In this document: one piece after another, positions 12,900-26,480 of the stretch | How positions within the stretch are numbered: position 1 is the first letter of the stretch | Layout of the letters: each line of letters opens with the position of its first letter | Source: Azolla caroliniana | Taxonomy: Eukaryota; Plantae; Polypodiophyta | Length of the DNA: 64,000 nt | Direction: 5' to 3' | Assembly: GCA_043228905.1 (NCBI GenBank) | Contig: JBHGNT010000008.1 | Location: 9,362,001 to 9,426,000 of the forward strand | The notes under the pieces: model-generated | The model's input: only the letters and a program-made list of their open reading frames with translations | Database searches by the model: none | Told to the model about the DNA's origin: nothing | Made by a program: the position numbers and the translations under genes

Positions 12900-13700
12900 A
12901 TATCTGATAAATCTATCGCCATCGAAAGCAATAAGGCTCGAAGTGCCATAGACACTATGGTCAAGCAAACAGACAACCTATGACAGGCTCCATATATTCG
13001 GGTTCGAAGCCTACACATTCATCCCTAGGGAGAAAACAACCAAGTTGGCACCCCATGCAACAAAATGCATATTTCTCGATTATGGAACCGATGGGGAATT
13101 CGGCTATAGGCTATGGGACCTAGAGAACTGGAAATTGATTCGGAGTATTGACATGTTCTTCAATGAAGACTCTATTCTATTTGAGAGAAACCAACAAAAC
13201 ATAGTTGGTAAGAAGGTCTCCTTCGAAGTCAATAGTAACATTGTAGAAAGACCGACGCACTGGGCCGAATCAGAGATTCGACAAACAGTTGAACTCAACC
13301 AACTAGCAACGACAGAGTCAAGTCGGCCAACACACCTAAAAAGGCTAAAGAGAAAAACCGACATGAGTCGGCTAAGACTCCTATCTTCAAGTCAATCGAT
13401 CCTGAAGCATGGGAGGATGACATGACATTGTTGAACTCCTACTACGAGGGCGAATCATCTAATAGGACTTCTAATATAAGTTGTTCAACAAGTGCCGATC
13501 GAAGGCTCTGAACCAATCCATGTGGAACCCAGGAGATCTGGATGAGTTCGAAGGGCGATAAAGTTCTATCAACCGGGCTTGGACAACGTCAACTACGCCG
13601 ATGCAGGCAAACCAAGCACATATGAAGAAGCCATAGCTGCAGTAGATGCCATACATGGTTGCAGGCCATGAGATCCGAGATGGACTCGATCCATTAGAGC
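12900..13700 (+). pseudogene. Copia A integrase C-terminus and linker
   Basis: YLINLSPS..., KLAPHATKCIFLDYGTDGEFGYRLWD (13045-13425), ...AMRSEMDSIH at 13660-13700. Confidence 0.85.
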
Positions 13701-14212
13701 TGTTGAGCGGACAAGTTCAACCGGATCCGGATCGGCTGAACAAGCCAGAGCCAGATCAGAGTCTGGATGGTATTCGGAACCAGGATCCAGATCGGAGAGC
13801 CGGATCGGACTGTAAGCGGTAGACCGTTAGAGGCCTACGAATCTAGCCTATTTTTAGGAGTTAGTGTTAGTCGCTCGTATGAGCATGGAAGTACTTGTTA
13901 GTACTTCTATCAGTCTATGTATGGACTTGTATAAAAGTTCTCTTTGAGCACATTCTATGTATAGAGTGTTATTATTTTGAATTGAGTTGTGTTCTGCTCT
14001 AACTCTCTCTCTCTCTCTCTCTCTTGTGTATAAGGTTTCCATTAAACATGTGTCTGTATTCTGTTGCTATCTAACTGAACCGATTGTGTCTTAGCTTCCG
14101 CATATTTAGTTTTACATGGTATCATAGCGTGAGGGTTGAGAATCTCTGCATCTGACGAGTGTCTTCTTAAGACAAACCCTAACACCCGGTTAAGAACAGA
14201 CAAAAGAAAAAT

Positions 14213-17200
14213 ATGGACCGAGGAATGGCTAGCTCGCTCCCTACGGAGAAGCTCGATAGATCCAACTACACATCTTGGTCTTACAAGATGCAACACTACC
14301 TGCTTAGGCATGGCTACTGGAGTTATGTCGATGGAGCGAACGATTCGGTACCTAATGTGGCACTCAGGGACTTCCCAAATTGGGAACAAGCGGCAAGCAG
14401 GGTAATGTACTGCTTCACATCCAGTGTCAGTGATCAATTGCTCAACCATATCCGAGATGCCAAGATGCCAAAGGAAGCTTGGGGAAACCTAAAGAAGGTC
14501 TTCGCCACAAGCACCACGGCCCGGAAGCTGCAACTCTGACAAGAGTTGAGCAATGTCTGACAGAAGGACATGTTGGTGGCCGACTATACAACCCGGATCA
14601 AAGACATCTATGAATCACTTGCCTCTATCAATGTAACCGTCAAGGAAGATGAGATGGTGCAGGTCTATCTCGGGGGCTTGGCATCGATGTTCAGAGCATT
14701 CTGGACGACGGTCTATACAAGGGAGAATACGCCCTCATTTTTCAACTTACAAATGATGCTCCTTGTAGAGGAGAACCACTTGGGTGCGTCAACACGCACG
14801 CTCACTGACAGGAAGATGTTGTACACGGATGTGTGCCGGACGAGGCGGATCGGCACGCGATGGAAGCAACCGACAAGAATTGAACTGAAGGCACAAGGAT
14901 GGTGCTAAGAACAGTTCTGGACCATCCACTAGCAGGAGGAGTCAAAACGGTGCCGGAAACCGGCAAGAGAAGGCCGCAACGGAATGTTGGTACTATGGCC
15001 CGAAGGGCTACAAGGAAAGCGAATGCTGGAAGAAGCGTGTCGATTTAGACAAATCCGGATCCGACAAGGCCGGTCAAGGAAACCGACAAAGCTCGCACTA
15101 CGCGGAAGTTCCGAAAGGATCCGGTTCCAGAAATGGAGCAAGCCTAGTCTTTGTGATGAAACACAAAGCTAATTTGATGAAAAAGACCACTTCCGGCTCC
15201 AAGGAAGTGTGGTATGTTGACTCCAGAGTGTCGAACCATATGGTGAGCTATGAAGAGTGGTTTTCCTTCCTAGAAAAACAGGAGCAACCGGGAGTTGTCG
15301 AAACAGGAGACGACACTCCTCATACCATCGAGCACATTGGTGAGGTCCTTCTCAGCCATGTCGGGGAGAAGGGGAAGCTGATGAACCGCTTGCACGTCCT
15401 GACAATCACAAAGAATCTTGTGTCGGTTGGACAGACTGTCGACCAAGGGATGTAGGTCCGGTTCACACATCTTGGGTGCTTCATCGAAGAAGAGGGCAAA
15501 ATCATTGCGCAAGGGTGTCGGGACGAGAGGGTGTTTATCCTCGACACCAACGACGTCGACACTGCTATGTTCACAAAAGGATAGAAGGTCAAATTAGATA
15601 TCGACCTATGGCACAAGCGGATCGGCCATGTCAACTATCAGAGGATTCAAGACCTGCAATCGAACCAATTTGTTTTCGGATTGCCAAAATTTAGTGGCCG
15701 AAAGGCCCAAATTTGTGAAGCTTGCCAGGTCGTGAAGCAACACCGGCTCCCATTCCCCACCGAAAGAAACTGGAGCCGTAACAAGCTCGATCTAATACAT
15801 TCGAATGTATGGGGACTGGCACAAAACGTTATCAGTGGCAGATACAGACCGGAACAAAAAGATGTGGCCAAAAGAAAGAACCGGTCGATTGTTGAGGCGG
15901 CACAGGCAATGCTGGAAGAGAAGAGCATGCCCAAATTCTACTGGGCTGAAGCGGTTCAGACGGCTGTCTACATCCAAAATCAGATTGGGGATATAGTGTC
16001 AACACATGAGTTGTATATCGGCTGAAAGCTGAATTTAAGACACCTTAAGATATTCAGTAGCATTGCATATGTGCATGTACCGGATGAGAAGTGGAGAAAA
16101 CTGGAAACAAAGTCGGAGAAGTGCATCCTTGTCGGCCACTCAAATGAGCAAAAGGGTTGTAAGTGCTATAACCCTCGAACAAAACAAGTTCGACTGAGCT
16201 GAGATGTCGAATTTGATGAATTGGCATCATGGTACTCTCTACTGACTCCGATGTTCGACCCCGACTCGATTCCGGAAGATGAGGCTAGTGAGCCTGAAAC
16301 GATCCAGGCAGAAGATGAAGAAGGATTTGGTACTCTAGATGAGAGTCCGATCTCATTCCGGCTAAGTGAGCCGCATGAGCGACTGGGTCGGAATGATTAG
16401 TCCGATGAGGAGCCAGGGAGTAGTGGAGATTCAGTCGTGCTCTCCCCGCGTAAGGAACCAAGGAAATGGTCACATGCAAAGAGAAGGGGAAGAAGAAGAT
16501 GCCGGAATACGCCCCCGATGGAGACGAGGTGGACTGGAGTGAATCTTACTCCGAAAAGAACGAAGAAGGACCTTTGGGAATGAAGTCCGAGCCGGCCAAG
16601 AGGGCCTTGGAATCGGCGAACGCAAAGTTACGCTGATTGACCCACCAGAAGAACCCCATAAAAAGGTATGGATATAATGAGTACATGGTGCATCACTATG
16701 CATACATGAAGAAAGTGGTGGAAGTGCATGAGCTAGAGAGCTACGCAGAAGCGGTAGAGGACACACATTGGCATGTCGCTCTGGAGGAAGAGATGCGGGC
16801 ACTTGATGCCAACGACACATGGGACATGGTTGACCCTCCCCGACATTGCAAAGTGATCGGTTGCAAGTGGGTGTACAAGGTAAAGTACAATGTTGATGGT
16901 TCGGTCAACTGGTACAAGGCCCGATTAGTGGCCAAAGGATATGTGTAGACTCATAGAATCGATTACGAAGAGACCTTCGCCCCGGTAGTGACGATGATGA
17001 TGGTTCGTGTCGTGCTAGGGGTTGTTGCGGCAAGGGGATGACATCTTCACCAAATGTACGTGAAGAATGTGTTTCTTCAAAGAGATCTCGAAGAACAGGT
17101 CTACATGATCGAACCCCCCGGTTTTCAGTCGGAGATGAACAAGTCGGCAATGTGCCGGCTGAAGAAGTCCCTTTATGTTCTGAAGCAAGCCCCCTGTGCT

Positions 17201-17862
17201 TGTAATTCGAAGCTCACGCACCGGTTGTGTAAGATGGGGTTTACGACCTCAAAGTCGGGCTCTTTGTTGTTCATCTGGAAAGGTCCAGTATGTGTCCTGT
17301 TATACGTGGATTATCTCGTCATCACCGGACCCAGCCTTGGTGTAATCGGCTGAGTGAAGTCCTAGTTGTCGTATGCTTTCGAAATGAAGAACCTGGGGAA
17401 CCTTCATTACTTCCTCGGGATCGAAGTGATCCATACCCCCAATGGCATATTGTTATCTTAGCGACATTATGTCCTAAATATGTTGTACAAGTTCGGCATG
17501 ACGGATTTCCGACTAGTCTCCAGACCCTTGGGCCGGAGCCTAAAGCTTCGTCCCGACTCCGGTATGGCCTATGATGACAAACGGTTCATAAAAATTGTTA
17601 GCAACCTCATTTATTTGATAGTCACCCGACCCGACATTAGGAATCTGGTTGGAGTGATCAACCAGTTTATGCAGAAGCCAACCGTAGAGCACCTTTAGTG
17701 CGCGCACCGAATACATAGGTATGTCAACAATATTAAGCACCGAGGACTGTTATACTGACATGGTATACCCGAAAAGCTGCTCGGTTAAATGAATGCCAAC
17801 TGGGTTCGAGATGCATTGGATCGATGGTCCACTTCCGGAGTCCTGTTTTCTCTAGGTAGCGC
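14213..17862 (+). pseudogene. Copia G gag-protease-integrase-RT (fragmented); RNase H resumes at 59747-60150
   Basis: LPTEKLDRSNYTSWSYKM, WYVDS..SNHM, CEACQ..KQHR, GCKWVYKVK...YKARLVAKGY, LLYVD. FSLGSA joins TIVWSSKKQPIVALSSTE at 59751. Confidence 0.9.
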
Positions 17863-20083
17863 TGTCGCAGTTTTCCACGGGTACGTGTCGAAAGGGGCGG
17901 GACCACGAGGGTCTCGGACGAGGAAAAGATGGATGTCGAGAAGCTAACTCTCTCCGATCCCGGCTGCACCGGTTGTGGCACAACCCGGTGCGATTCCGAA
18001 CGCGTACCGGCGGATACAAAACATGAGAGAGGGAGAGAGAGAGAGAGAGAGAGAGACCACGCCCGCAACACTGACTCAACACACGCCTCTTATGTACAGG
18101 AAACAAAGGGAAAGAAATGCACCCGACACCAACAGAAACAGAAATATGCACAACCTTTTATATATATAATTACAAGAGCAAGATACAACTCCAATTTCGA
18201 GCCGTTCCAAGGTAGTTAGGTTACAACAGCCGTTTGCTGCCAAACCGCCGATCGGGGAGCTCTCAAGCTCGTCACGTTGAGCGGGGTCTTGCACAGGAGA
18301 CCGAACAAAAGCAAACCCCATTGATCATATCAGCTCTTCACCAGAGTAAACCCTAAATAGACACGAAGGAGAAGAAAAAGTCGAAGAACCCTAACCGAAA
18401 ACAAGAAAGTAAGAAGAAGAAGAAGCTGCCAAGATGAAACCCTAAACGAAATAGAGTGAAAAGACCAAAGTAAAAACCCTAAGGGAATAAGAGAAAGATG
18501 AAGACCAAGAACTACCAAACCCTAAATCTAACAGTATACCCTCCTAACTCAAAATGGGCAACCCCTGCTCAAGGGACCCTCCCTTCCTTTTATAGAACAA
18601 GGGGAGGGGTGCGTTACAATGTGGGATAAATCCTGATTTACATGGGATTCTCTGCCTCGACTTCACTCCTACTCGGCGACATAAAGACACCCCCGTCATT
18701 CGCACGTTTTTACAACGTAAGTGCACATGATTCTTCCGACATTCCCCGGTTTCTCACCATGGCCCGGAAACTTCACGACATCAGCCCCCACCAAACCGCA
18801 CGACCACCGGTATGTGCCAAGTTCGGAGAAGGGTGAGAGATTCTGGCTAGTGAGGAACCGGTCTTCTGTAATCCGCATTCCGGCTGCCGTGTTGGCCTTG
18901 CCGGTCCAAACCGTCAGCTCTGGTTCCTTCTCCGCATTTGCCTCTCCGTAGGCTCGTTCGACCTGTCGATAGGTCATTCATTGCGATCTTGTCGTGTGCG
19001 TGCTTCCCCGTTGGCCCTTCTTTCGACCACATGCACGCTTCTCCTTCCTTCGGATACGCGGTCTCCTCCATCCGAGGAGCACCCGTGATGGCCGCTTGTC
19101 CTCTGTCGACTGTCGCGTTGTCCCGATTCTCATTCCGCGCTGATCTCCACCGCCTTCATCCCCTCGCCGCCACCTACCTTCTCCTTGGTCTTCCATTACC
19201 ACGGCGGCCGAATTGCCAAGGCCTCCGGAACCAGTGTGGAGGATCCCTCTCCGACCTTCTACGCGAGATAACCTGGACCAACAACCCATCTTCGCGCTTG
19301 TATTCCTGCTCTAGCACCCCCGTGTGTCGTGCATCCCGTTCTCGTGTTCGGCACCGCCCGTGCCGAACTCTGGTTACTTCTCATGCACGCATCGTCGGCC
19401 CTTGTCCGACCAAATCGTGCATCACCTCTTCTCTGCGTACGAGGAACACCCCGTAGTAGCCCGCTTGGCAACTTTCATCTTCCGCTGCTGCCACCAGTTT
19501 GGAGCCTTCTGCTTGGCATCGTCCCCTCGTCCCCACCAGCTTGTTACCTCGGGTTTGGCCTGCCACACCAGTCGTTGTCACTACGACTGAGCCACCGAGA
19601 TATCCGAAGCGGGTGTGCAGGATCCTTCTCTGGACCTCGATCATGTTTCCGGTCTCCAGTCCGCGTAGTCTGTTACGCACCCGTGCTCTCATTCTAGGCA
19701 CCACCGTGTGCCGTCTTCTGCCTTCCTTGTTCGGCACCACCTGTGCTGAACATCGTTTCATATATGTGCTTTTCTTTGACCCTCAATGGCCACACACACG
19801 TCTTCCGATCAGCTTTCAGGTGTGCCCTTTCCGGCTCGGCGCACCGCTCCTTGACCGGGTGTCCTCGACAGCTTATCGGAAGATCACCCTCGTTGCGTTC
19901 TGGCCTGCATGGCCTCCTTTGTTCGCGTGACGCCTCGGCTATTCGGTGCTTCTACTGTTGCCGCCTTCGTCCCCTTGCCACCACCTTCCATTACCCTCGG
20001 TCTTGTTGGGAGACAGGTCTCTCCGGATGGGAAGGGAGAAGAACAGTGCCGACGAACAATCTCGGCCGAGGCCGAAACCGGAA

Positions 20084-20353
20084 GAGGAGTACCCGGCTAC
20101 GGAGAGCCGGATGGGGCAGACCCGGTGTGAACCGGATGAGGAGTACCCGGCTACGGAGAGCCGAATGGTGCAGACCCGGTGTGAACCAGATGAGGAGTAC
20201 CCAGCTACGGAGAGCCGGATGGTGCAGGCTTGGTGAGAATCGGATGAGGAGCACCCGGCTACGGAGAGCCGGATGGTGCAAGCCCGGTGAGAACCGGATG
20301 AGGAGCACCCGGCTACGGAGAGTCGGATGACGCAGACCCGGTGAGAACTGGAG
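20084..20353 (+). repeat. 54-bp tandem repeat x5 in U3 of the copia I 5' LTR
   Basis: Unit GAGGAGTACCCGGCTACGGAGAGCCGGATGGTGCAGACCCGGTGAGAACCGGAT. Confidence 0.95.
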
Positions 20354-23300
20354 GAAGAGACATATTCGTAAATATGTTTCTGAGAGCCCATCGAGGGTAT
20401 ATTTGTAAATAGCCAAAAAATCATATTAGTATAAATATGACTTAGGGCAAATATGTGTTATTATTATTTTTTCTTGTTGGTGCAAGAAGAAGAGAGAGTG
20501 TGTAACTATACAGAGAGAGAGAGAGAGAGAGAGAGAAAGAGGTCGTTGCCTCTATTGTAACCGCCGCCTATGGCGAAGATCTGTGAGCACGAGGTTGGTG
20601 CCTCAGTGAACTCATTTTTTGTACTTTCCAACATAGTGATAGTTTGCAGCCTGTGGGCTGCCGTGGTTTTTCCCTCCTTAGGTTTTCCACGTAAACATTC
20701 TGTGTACCTTTTCTCTCCTTTGTGTCGCGTGCATTTGTTTCCTGTCTTTCAGTGTATGATCCTAAGCTCGGTTGTGGGCGAGCGTTGTGCATAAGGAGCC
20801 TTGAGTTCTTGTCAAGTGGTATCAGAGCGAAACGACACAGAAAATGGACGAATTGTTTGGCGGCATGTTCAAGCTCACCGGCTCCAACTATTCGGTATGG
20901 AAGTCGAAGATGAGGGACATGCTCGTGGTTAAAGACCTCTGGCTGCCGGTTCAGTTCGGGGACAAGAGATCGGACAAAATTGATGCCGCGATATGGGAGG
21001 TGATGCACATGAAGACAACGGCGTACATACGGTGTTTCATCGACATGAGCCTGTACAACAACTTCAATGAAGAGAGCAAGGCTCATGAGCTCTGGGAGAA
21101 AATCGGCATAATGTTTCAGAACAAAAATGTTGTTAACCAGGTGTCGGTATTCCGGAAGCTAGTAAGACTCCGGTACCAAGATGGCTCCAACATGGCGGAG
21201 CACGTGAATGCCTTCCAGGGGCTGATCCACCAGGCAACTTCATTGGAAGTACCTCTCGCCGATGAGGTACTAGCGCTACTCCTACTCGGTTCCCTCCCGG
21301 ATAGCTGGGAGACGTTGGTTGTCACTTTGGGCAACGCCGGGCCGGAAGGAAAACGGTTATCCCTAGCAAGAGTAAAGTCGAGCTTGCTAGATGAGGAGGC
21401 GCGTCGGAAAGATAAAGATACGAGCTCCGACTCCAAAGCGCTCCTTACCGAATCGGAACGCGGAAGACATAGAAACCGTAGTCTCCAGAACTGGGAGAAG
21501 TCGGGGACACGGTCAAAGTCAAGGGGGAGGCCCACTTGCTTCTATTGCGGCAAGCCGGGACACATCCAAAAGAACTGTCGGCATTTCCGTAAAGACAAGG
21601 AAACCGACGGTACCGATTCGAAGTAAACCCCAGACCAGAACGGTAAAGACCGGAGGGTGCCGAACCGGAAGGGAACGACGGCAATCGCGGCAAGTGAAGA
21701 AGAGTTGATGCTCATCACCGAGGAGAGTGAGATAAACCTTGCTGGTGACGAGATGACCTGGGTGGTAGACTCCGGAGCATTGTTCCACCTTACCCCGGAC
21801 CGGAAATGCTTCTCATCCTACTCAGCCGGTGATCACGGCTGTGTCCGGATGGGGAATGAAGGTACATGCCGAATTGTCGGCATAGGAGACATGTGGCTGT
21901 TGACACCAACCGGATGCAAGGTGCTGCTGAGGGATGTCCGACACGTTCCGGAGGTTCGACTAAACCTGATATCAGCCGGTCGGCTAGATGATGAGGGCTA
22001 CAAGGGGAGCATCCGGAACGGTGTCATGAAGTTCAACAAAGGGAGCCTGATTGTTGCTCGGGCCCGGAAGGTAAACACACTGTACCTAATGAATGCCCGT
22101 TTATGCCCAGAAGAAGTGAACGTGGCTTCCAACACTACCGGTGAGCTGTGGCACAAGAGGCTGTGTCATATGAGCGAGAAGGGGATGAAGAGGCTTGCAG
22201 ACGACAACCTCATTCCAGTGAAGAACGTGCACTTAGAGAAGTGCACTGATTGTCTGGCTGGTAAGCAGAACCGGACCTCCTTCCGACCAAGGCCACCGAT
22301 GAGACATAATGCACCACTAGAGTTGGTGCATACGGATGTGTGTCAAGTAGACACGAAGTCACATGCCGGAGCACAGTACATCGTGACGTTCATAGATGAC
22401 CACAGCCGGAAGCTGTGGGCCACACCGTTGAAGACGAAGGATCAGGTGTTATCCGTCTTCAAAGAGCTCCACGCGAGAGTGGAAAGAGAAACCAGCCGGA
22501 ATTTGAAGGCGGTTCGAGTAGATCACGGAGGAGAGTACCGGGGGCAGTTCGAGGAGTACTGCCACTCGAAGGGAATCCGGCTCGAATTTACCGTGCCAAA
22601 GACGCCGGAACTAAACGGACTGGCCGAGAGGATGAACCAGACCATAATGGAGAGGGTCCGGAGTATGCTAGCGCAAGCAAAACTACCCAAGAAGTTTTGG
22701 GCTGAGGCACTGTCGACAGCGACATATGTGAGAAATAGATCACCCTCAGTACCCTTGGACGGAGACATGCCACAGAGAGTGTGGACCGGTAAGGAAGTAT
22801 CCTACCGGCATCTGAAGGTGTTCGGGTGTCTCGCGTACGTGCATGTAGCTAAGGACCGGAGAGGTAAGTTAGATCCAAAGACCCAACCATGCATATTCCT
22901 CGGTTACGGTGACGATGAGTTCGGCTACCGAGTGTGGGACCCGGTCGACAAGAAGGTATACCGGAGTCGAGATATTATCTTCATGGAGGACAAGATGCTC
23001 GCCGACTGGGAGTCGGAGAAGAAGATAATGAACTCCGAGTCGACCGGTAAGGATCGACTCTACGATGAGCAGACTCAACCGGCAAGAGACCGGTTAGCAC
23101 TCGAGGGACCAGCCGGTTACGGTGAGGATACCGAACAGACTGAAGAAGAAGTAGAGGAAGCTGAAACCGGAACCAACCAAGACCCCGAATCAGATTCGGA
23201 TGAAGAGCAGATGGAGGAGTCGGTTACCGAAGCCCGAAGATGGAGATATCCTCTCAGAGAGAGAAGGCGCCCCCGGAGATTTCCGGATGCAGAGCATGTT

Positions 23301-24936
23301 CTGCTCACCGATGAGGGGGAACCGGAAAGCTTCGAAGAAGCGAAGGATAACACCCATAGCCGAAAATGGTTAAGTGCCATGCAGGACGAGATGGATTCCC
23401 TGCATGAGAACCATACGTATGAATTGGTGGAGTTGCCGAAAGGAAAGCGGGCACTCCGAAACAAGTGGGTGTACAAGTTGAAACCGGGAGATGTTAGAAA
23501 CCCCCCGAGGTACAAAGCCAGGATCGTGGTGAAGGGGTTCCACCAGAAAAAGGGCGTGGACTTTGACGAGATATTTGCCCCGGTAGTAAAGATGACCCGG
23601 TGATAATGGACCTCGAGGTAGACCTGCTGGACGTGAAGATGGCATTCCTTCATGGCGACCTGAAAGAGGAGATCTACATGCAACAACCGGAAGGATTCAT
23701 GGAGAAAGGGAAGGAGCACCTAGTATGCCGGTTGAAGAAGAGCCTCTACGGGTTGAAGCATGCCCCCCGACAATGGTACCAGAAGTTCGAATCCTTCATG
23801 ACCGATCAAGGGTACCACAAGACGCAGGCCGATCACTGCGTGTTTGTGAAGAAGTTCGAAGGAGACGACTTCCTGATACTCCTTCTGTACATGGATGACA
23901 TGTTGATCGTCGGACGAGACCAATACAAAATACGGATGCTGAAGAAGGCTCTCAACCGGACCTTCTCAATGAAAGACTTGGGTCCGGCAAGACAGATGCT
24001 GGGGATGCATATTCTCCGGAACCGGTCAGTGAAGCAATTGTGGCTGTCACAGGAGAAGTACATGACAAAGGTGCTTCACCGGTTCAACATGTCAGATGCG
24101 AAACCGGTCAGATCGACACTTCCGGTAAACTGCAGGCTATCTGGTAAGCATAGCCCGAAGAGAAAAGCAGAGAAGGCGGATATGATGAAGATTCCATATG
24201 CCTCTGCCGTCGGGAGCTTGATGTACGCAATGGTGTGTACCCGACCGGATATAGGATACGCAGTCGGAGTGGTGAGCCGGTTTATGAGCAATCCCGGCAG
24301 GGAGCACTGGAACGTGGTCAAATGAATACTCCGGTACTTGAAGGGCACTTCAATATATGTGTCTCCGCTTCGGCTCCGGAAAACCTCAACTTGACGGTTT
24401 CACCGATTCGGACATGTCGGCTGATGTGGATACCAGCCGGTCTACATCCAGGTATGTAATGACATATGCAGGGGGAGTTGTTTTGTGACAGTCGAGGCTG
24501 CAGAAGACGGTTGCATTGTCAACCATAGAGGCGGAGTACATGGCGGCTGTGGAAGCCGGGAAGGAAATATTATAGATGAAGGACTTTCATCGGAGAGCTC
24601 CGTATCCGGTAAGATGAATACCGACTCAATTGCGACAATCAAAGTGCCATCCATCTTGCTAAGAATGCGGCCTACCATTCCCGAACGAAGCATATCCAGC
24701 GAAGATATCACTAGATTCGGGAAAGAGTAGATGACCAGGAGTTCGCACTGACGAAGATCCACATGGCCGAGAACGGGTCAGATATGCTGACCAAAGTGCT
24801 GATACCCGACAAGCTAGATGCATGCCGGAAGAGGATCGAACTGGTAAGACACCCCATGCCGGAGTGAAGGGGGAGTTTGTTGGGAGACAAGTCCCTTCGG
24901 ATGGGAAGGGAGAAGAACAGTGCCGATAAACCTAAT

Positions 24937-25198
24937 GAGGAGTACCTGGCTACGGAGAGCCGGATGGTGCAGACCCGGTGAGAACCGGATGAGGAGTACC
25001 CGGCTACGGAGAGCCGGATGTTGCAGACCTGGTGAGAACCGGATGAGGAGTACCCGGCTATGGAGAGCCGGATGTTGCAGACCCGGTGAGAACCGGATGA
25101 GGAGTACCCGGCTACGGAGAGCCGGATGGTGCAGACCCGGTGAGAATCGGATGAGGAGTACCCGGCTACGGAGAGCCGCATGGTGCAGACCCGGTGAG
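24937..25198 (+). repeat. 54-bp tandem repeat x about 5 in U3 of the copia I 3' LTR
   Basis: Same unit as 20084-20353. Confidence 0.95.
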
Positions 25199-26027
25199 GA
25201 ATGCTCACCGGATGAAGAGAATATTCGTAAATTTGTTTCTGAGAGTCCATCGTGGCTATATTTGTAAATAGCCGAAAAGCCATATTAGTATAAATATGAC
25301 TTAGGGAAAACTTTTAGTTGTTGTTGTCATTCTTGTTGGTGCAAGGAAAGAGAGAGAGCGTGTAACTGTGTACAGAGAGAGAGAGAGAGAAAGAGGTCGT
25401 TGCCTCTGTTGTAACCGCCGCCTATGGCGAGGATCGTGAACACGAGGTCGTTGCCTCCGTGAACTCACTGTTGTACATTCTAACATAGCGATAGTTTGCA
25501 GCCTGTGGGCTGCCGTGGTTTTTCCCCTAGTTTGGGTTTTCCACGTAAACATCCTGTGTACTCTTCTCTTCTTCGTGTCGTTCATTATTTCCCGTTTTCT
25601 GTGTATGATTCTAAGCTCAGTTGTGGCCGAGCGTTGCGTATAGGGAGCATGTTGTTCCCGTCACTCCTGTGGTACTGATGTGCCAAGTTCCAGCCTCCCC
25701 GAAGGCTTGGCTCTTCCTCCCTTCCGGATCGGTTATCCGGAAGTCCGCTCCACCCGGTTCTCATCCGGGCTCGTCTATCACTCTGCATTGCCGGGTCTCG
25801 TTCTCCTGCCGCCACCGTCAGTATCTTGGTCTTACGTCGGATCCAATGCAAACCGCCGGATTTTCTAGCCCGGTGTGAGGTGACCCATAGGACCGGTCTT
25901 CATTCTTTGCTTCCGGATCGGTTGTATTGGCCGTGACCTCCGCGTCCTCGCTGCCACTTTCCGTCTCTTAGGTCTTCTGTTGGTTCTCGGACGCAACCGC
26001 CTAAGGGTGAAAGCATGTGAGTGGAAA

Positions 26028-26480
26028 CAATTAGCTATGTCCTTCACATAGTTAATTAGCTATGCAAAAAGCTATCATTGATAAATAGTCAATTTTGCAA
26101 AAAGCTACTATTAATAAATTAGCTATGCAAAAAGTTACCATTGAAAATAGTAGAGAGTTTTAATTATATAAATGAGCACCATAAATGTGCAACATAAACG
26201 TGCAACATAAATTGAGATGTGCACCATAAATTCTATACCGAATTACTAGGTACATTATGCATGATCCTTTGCCACATCACGTGGGCCATCTTTGGTTGAG
26301 TATTCTGGCTTAGATTAATACCATTGTTGCTAAACCCTATTGAGTCCACTCCTCCATTGCCGCCATTCTACACTCAGTTACCGACACTGAGTGGTCCAAG
26401 TATCATCTACCATTGTTCAATCCGACGGAGTTCACTCTTCCACTACCGCCATTCTACACTCAGTTGCCGCCACTATTCGG
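26028..26480 (+). repeat. Short direct repeats near the left end of the DNA-transposon block
   Basis: ATTAGCTATGCAAAAAG-type units (26030-26140), about 13-bp GTGCA(A/C)CATAAA units x4 (26172-26231), and CCGCCATTCTACACTCAGTT x2 (about 26360 and 26447). Confidence 0.7.

Larger units (their letters stand above)
20004..25663 (+). mobile_element. Copia I (Tnt1/Tork-like), full length but degenerate
   Basis: LTRs 20004-20814 and 24878-25663, PBS TGGTATCAGAGC at 20817, PPT GAAGGGGGAGTT. ORFs 20844-21626 (gag), 21657-23603 (PR-INT-RT) and 23600-24325 (RT). Flanks GGTCT/CTCCT do not match. Confidence 0.93.

Noticed and set aside
19743-20424. Repetitive ORFs in LTR U3 (RMRSTRLRRAGW / PDEEYPATES)
   Set aside because: By-products of 54-bp and 27-bp repeats being multiples of three. 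The frames are not conserved between LTRs.
26001-26030. Terminal inverted repeat of the DNA transposon
   Set aside because: No matching inverted copy is visible at the right side, which is truncated at about 58415, so the termini cannot be called.
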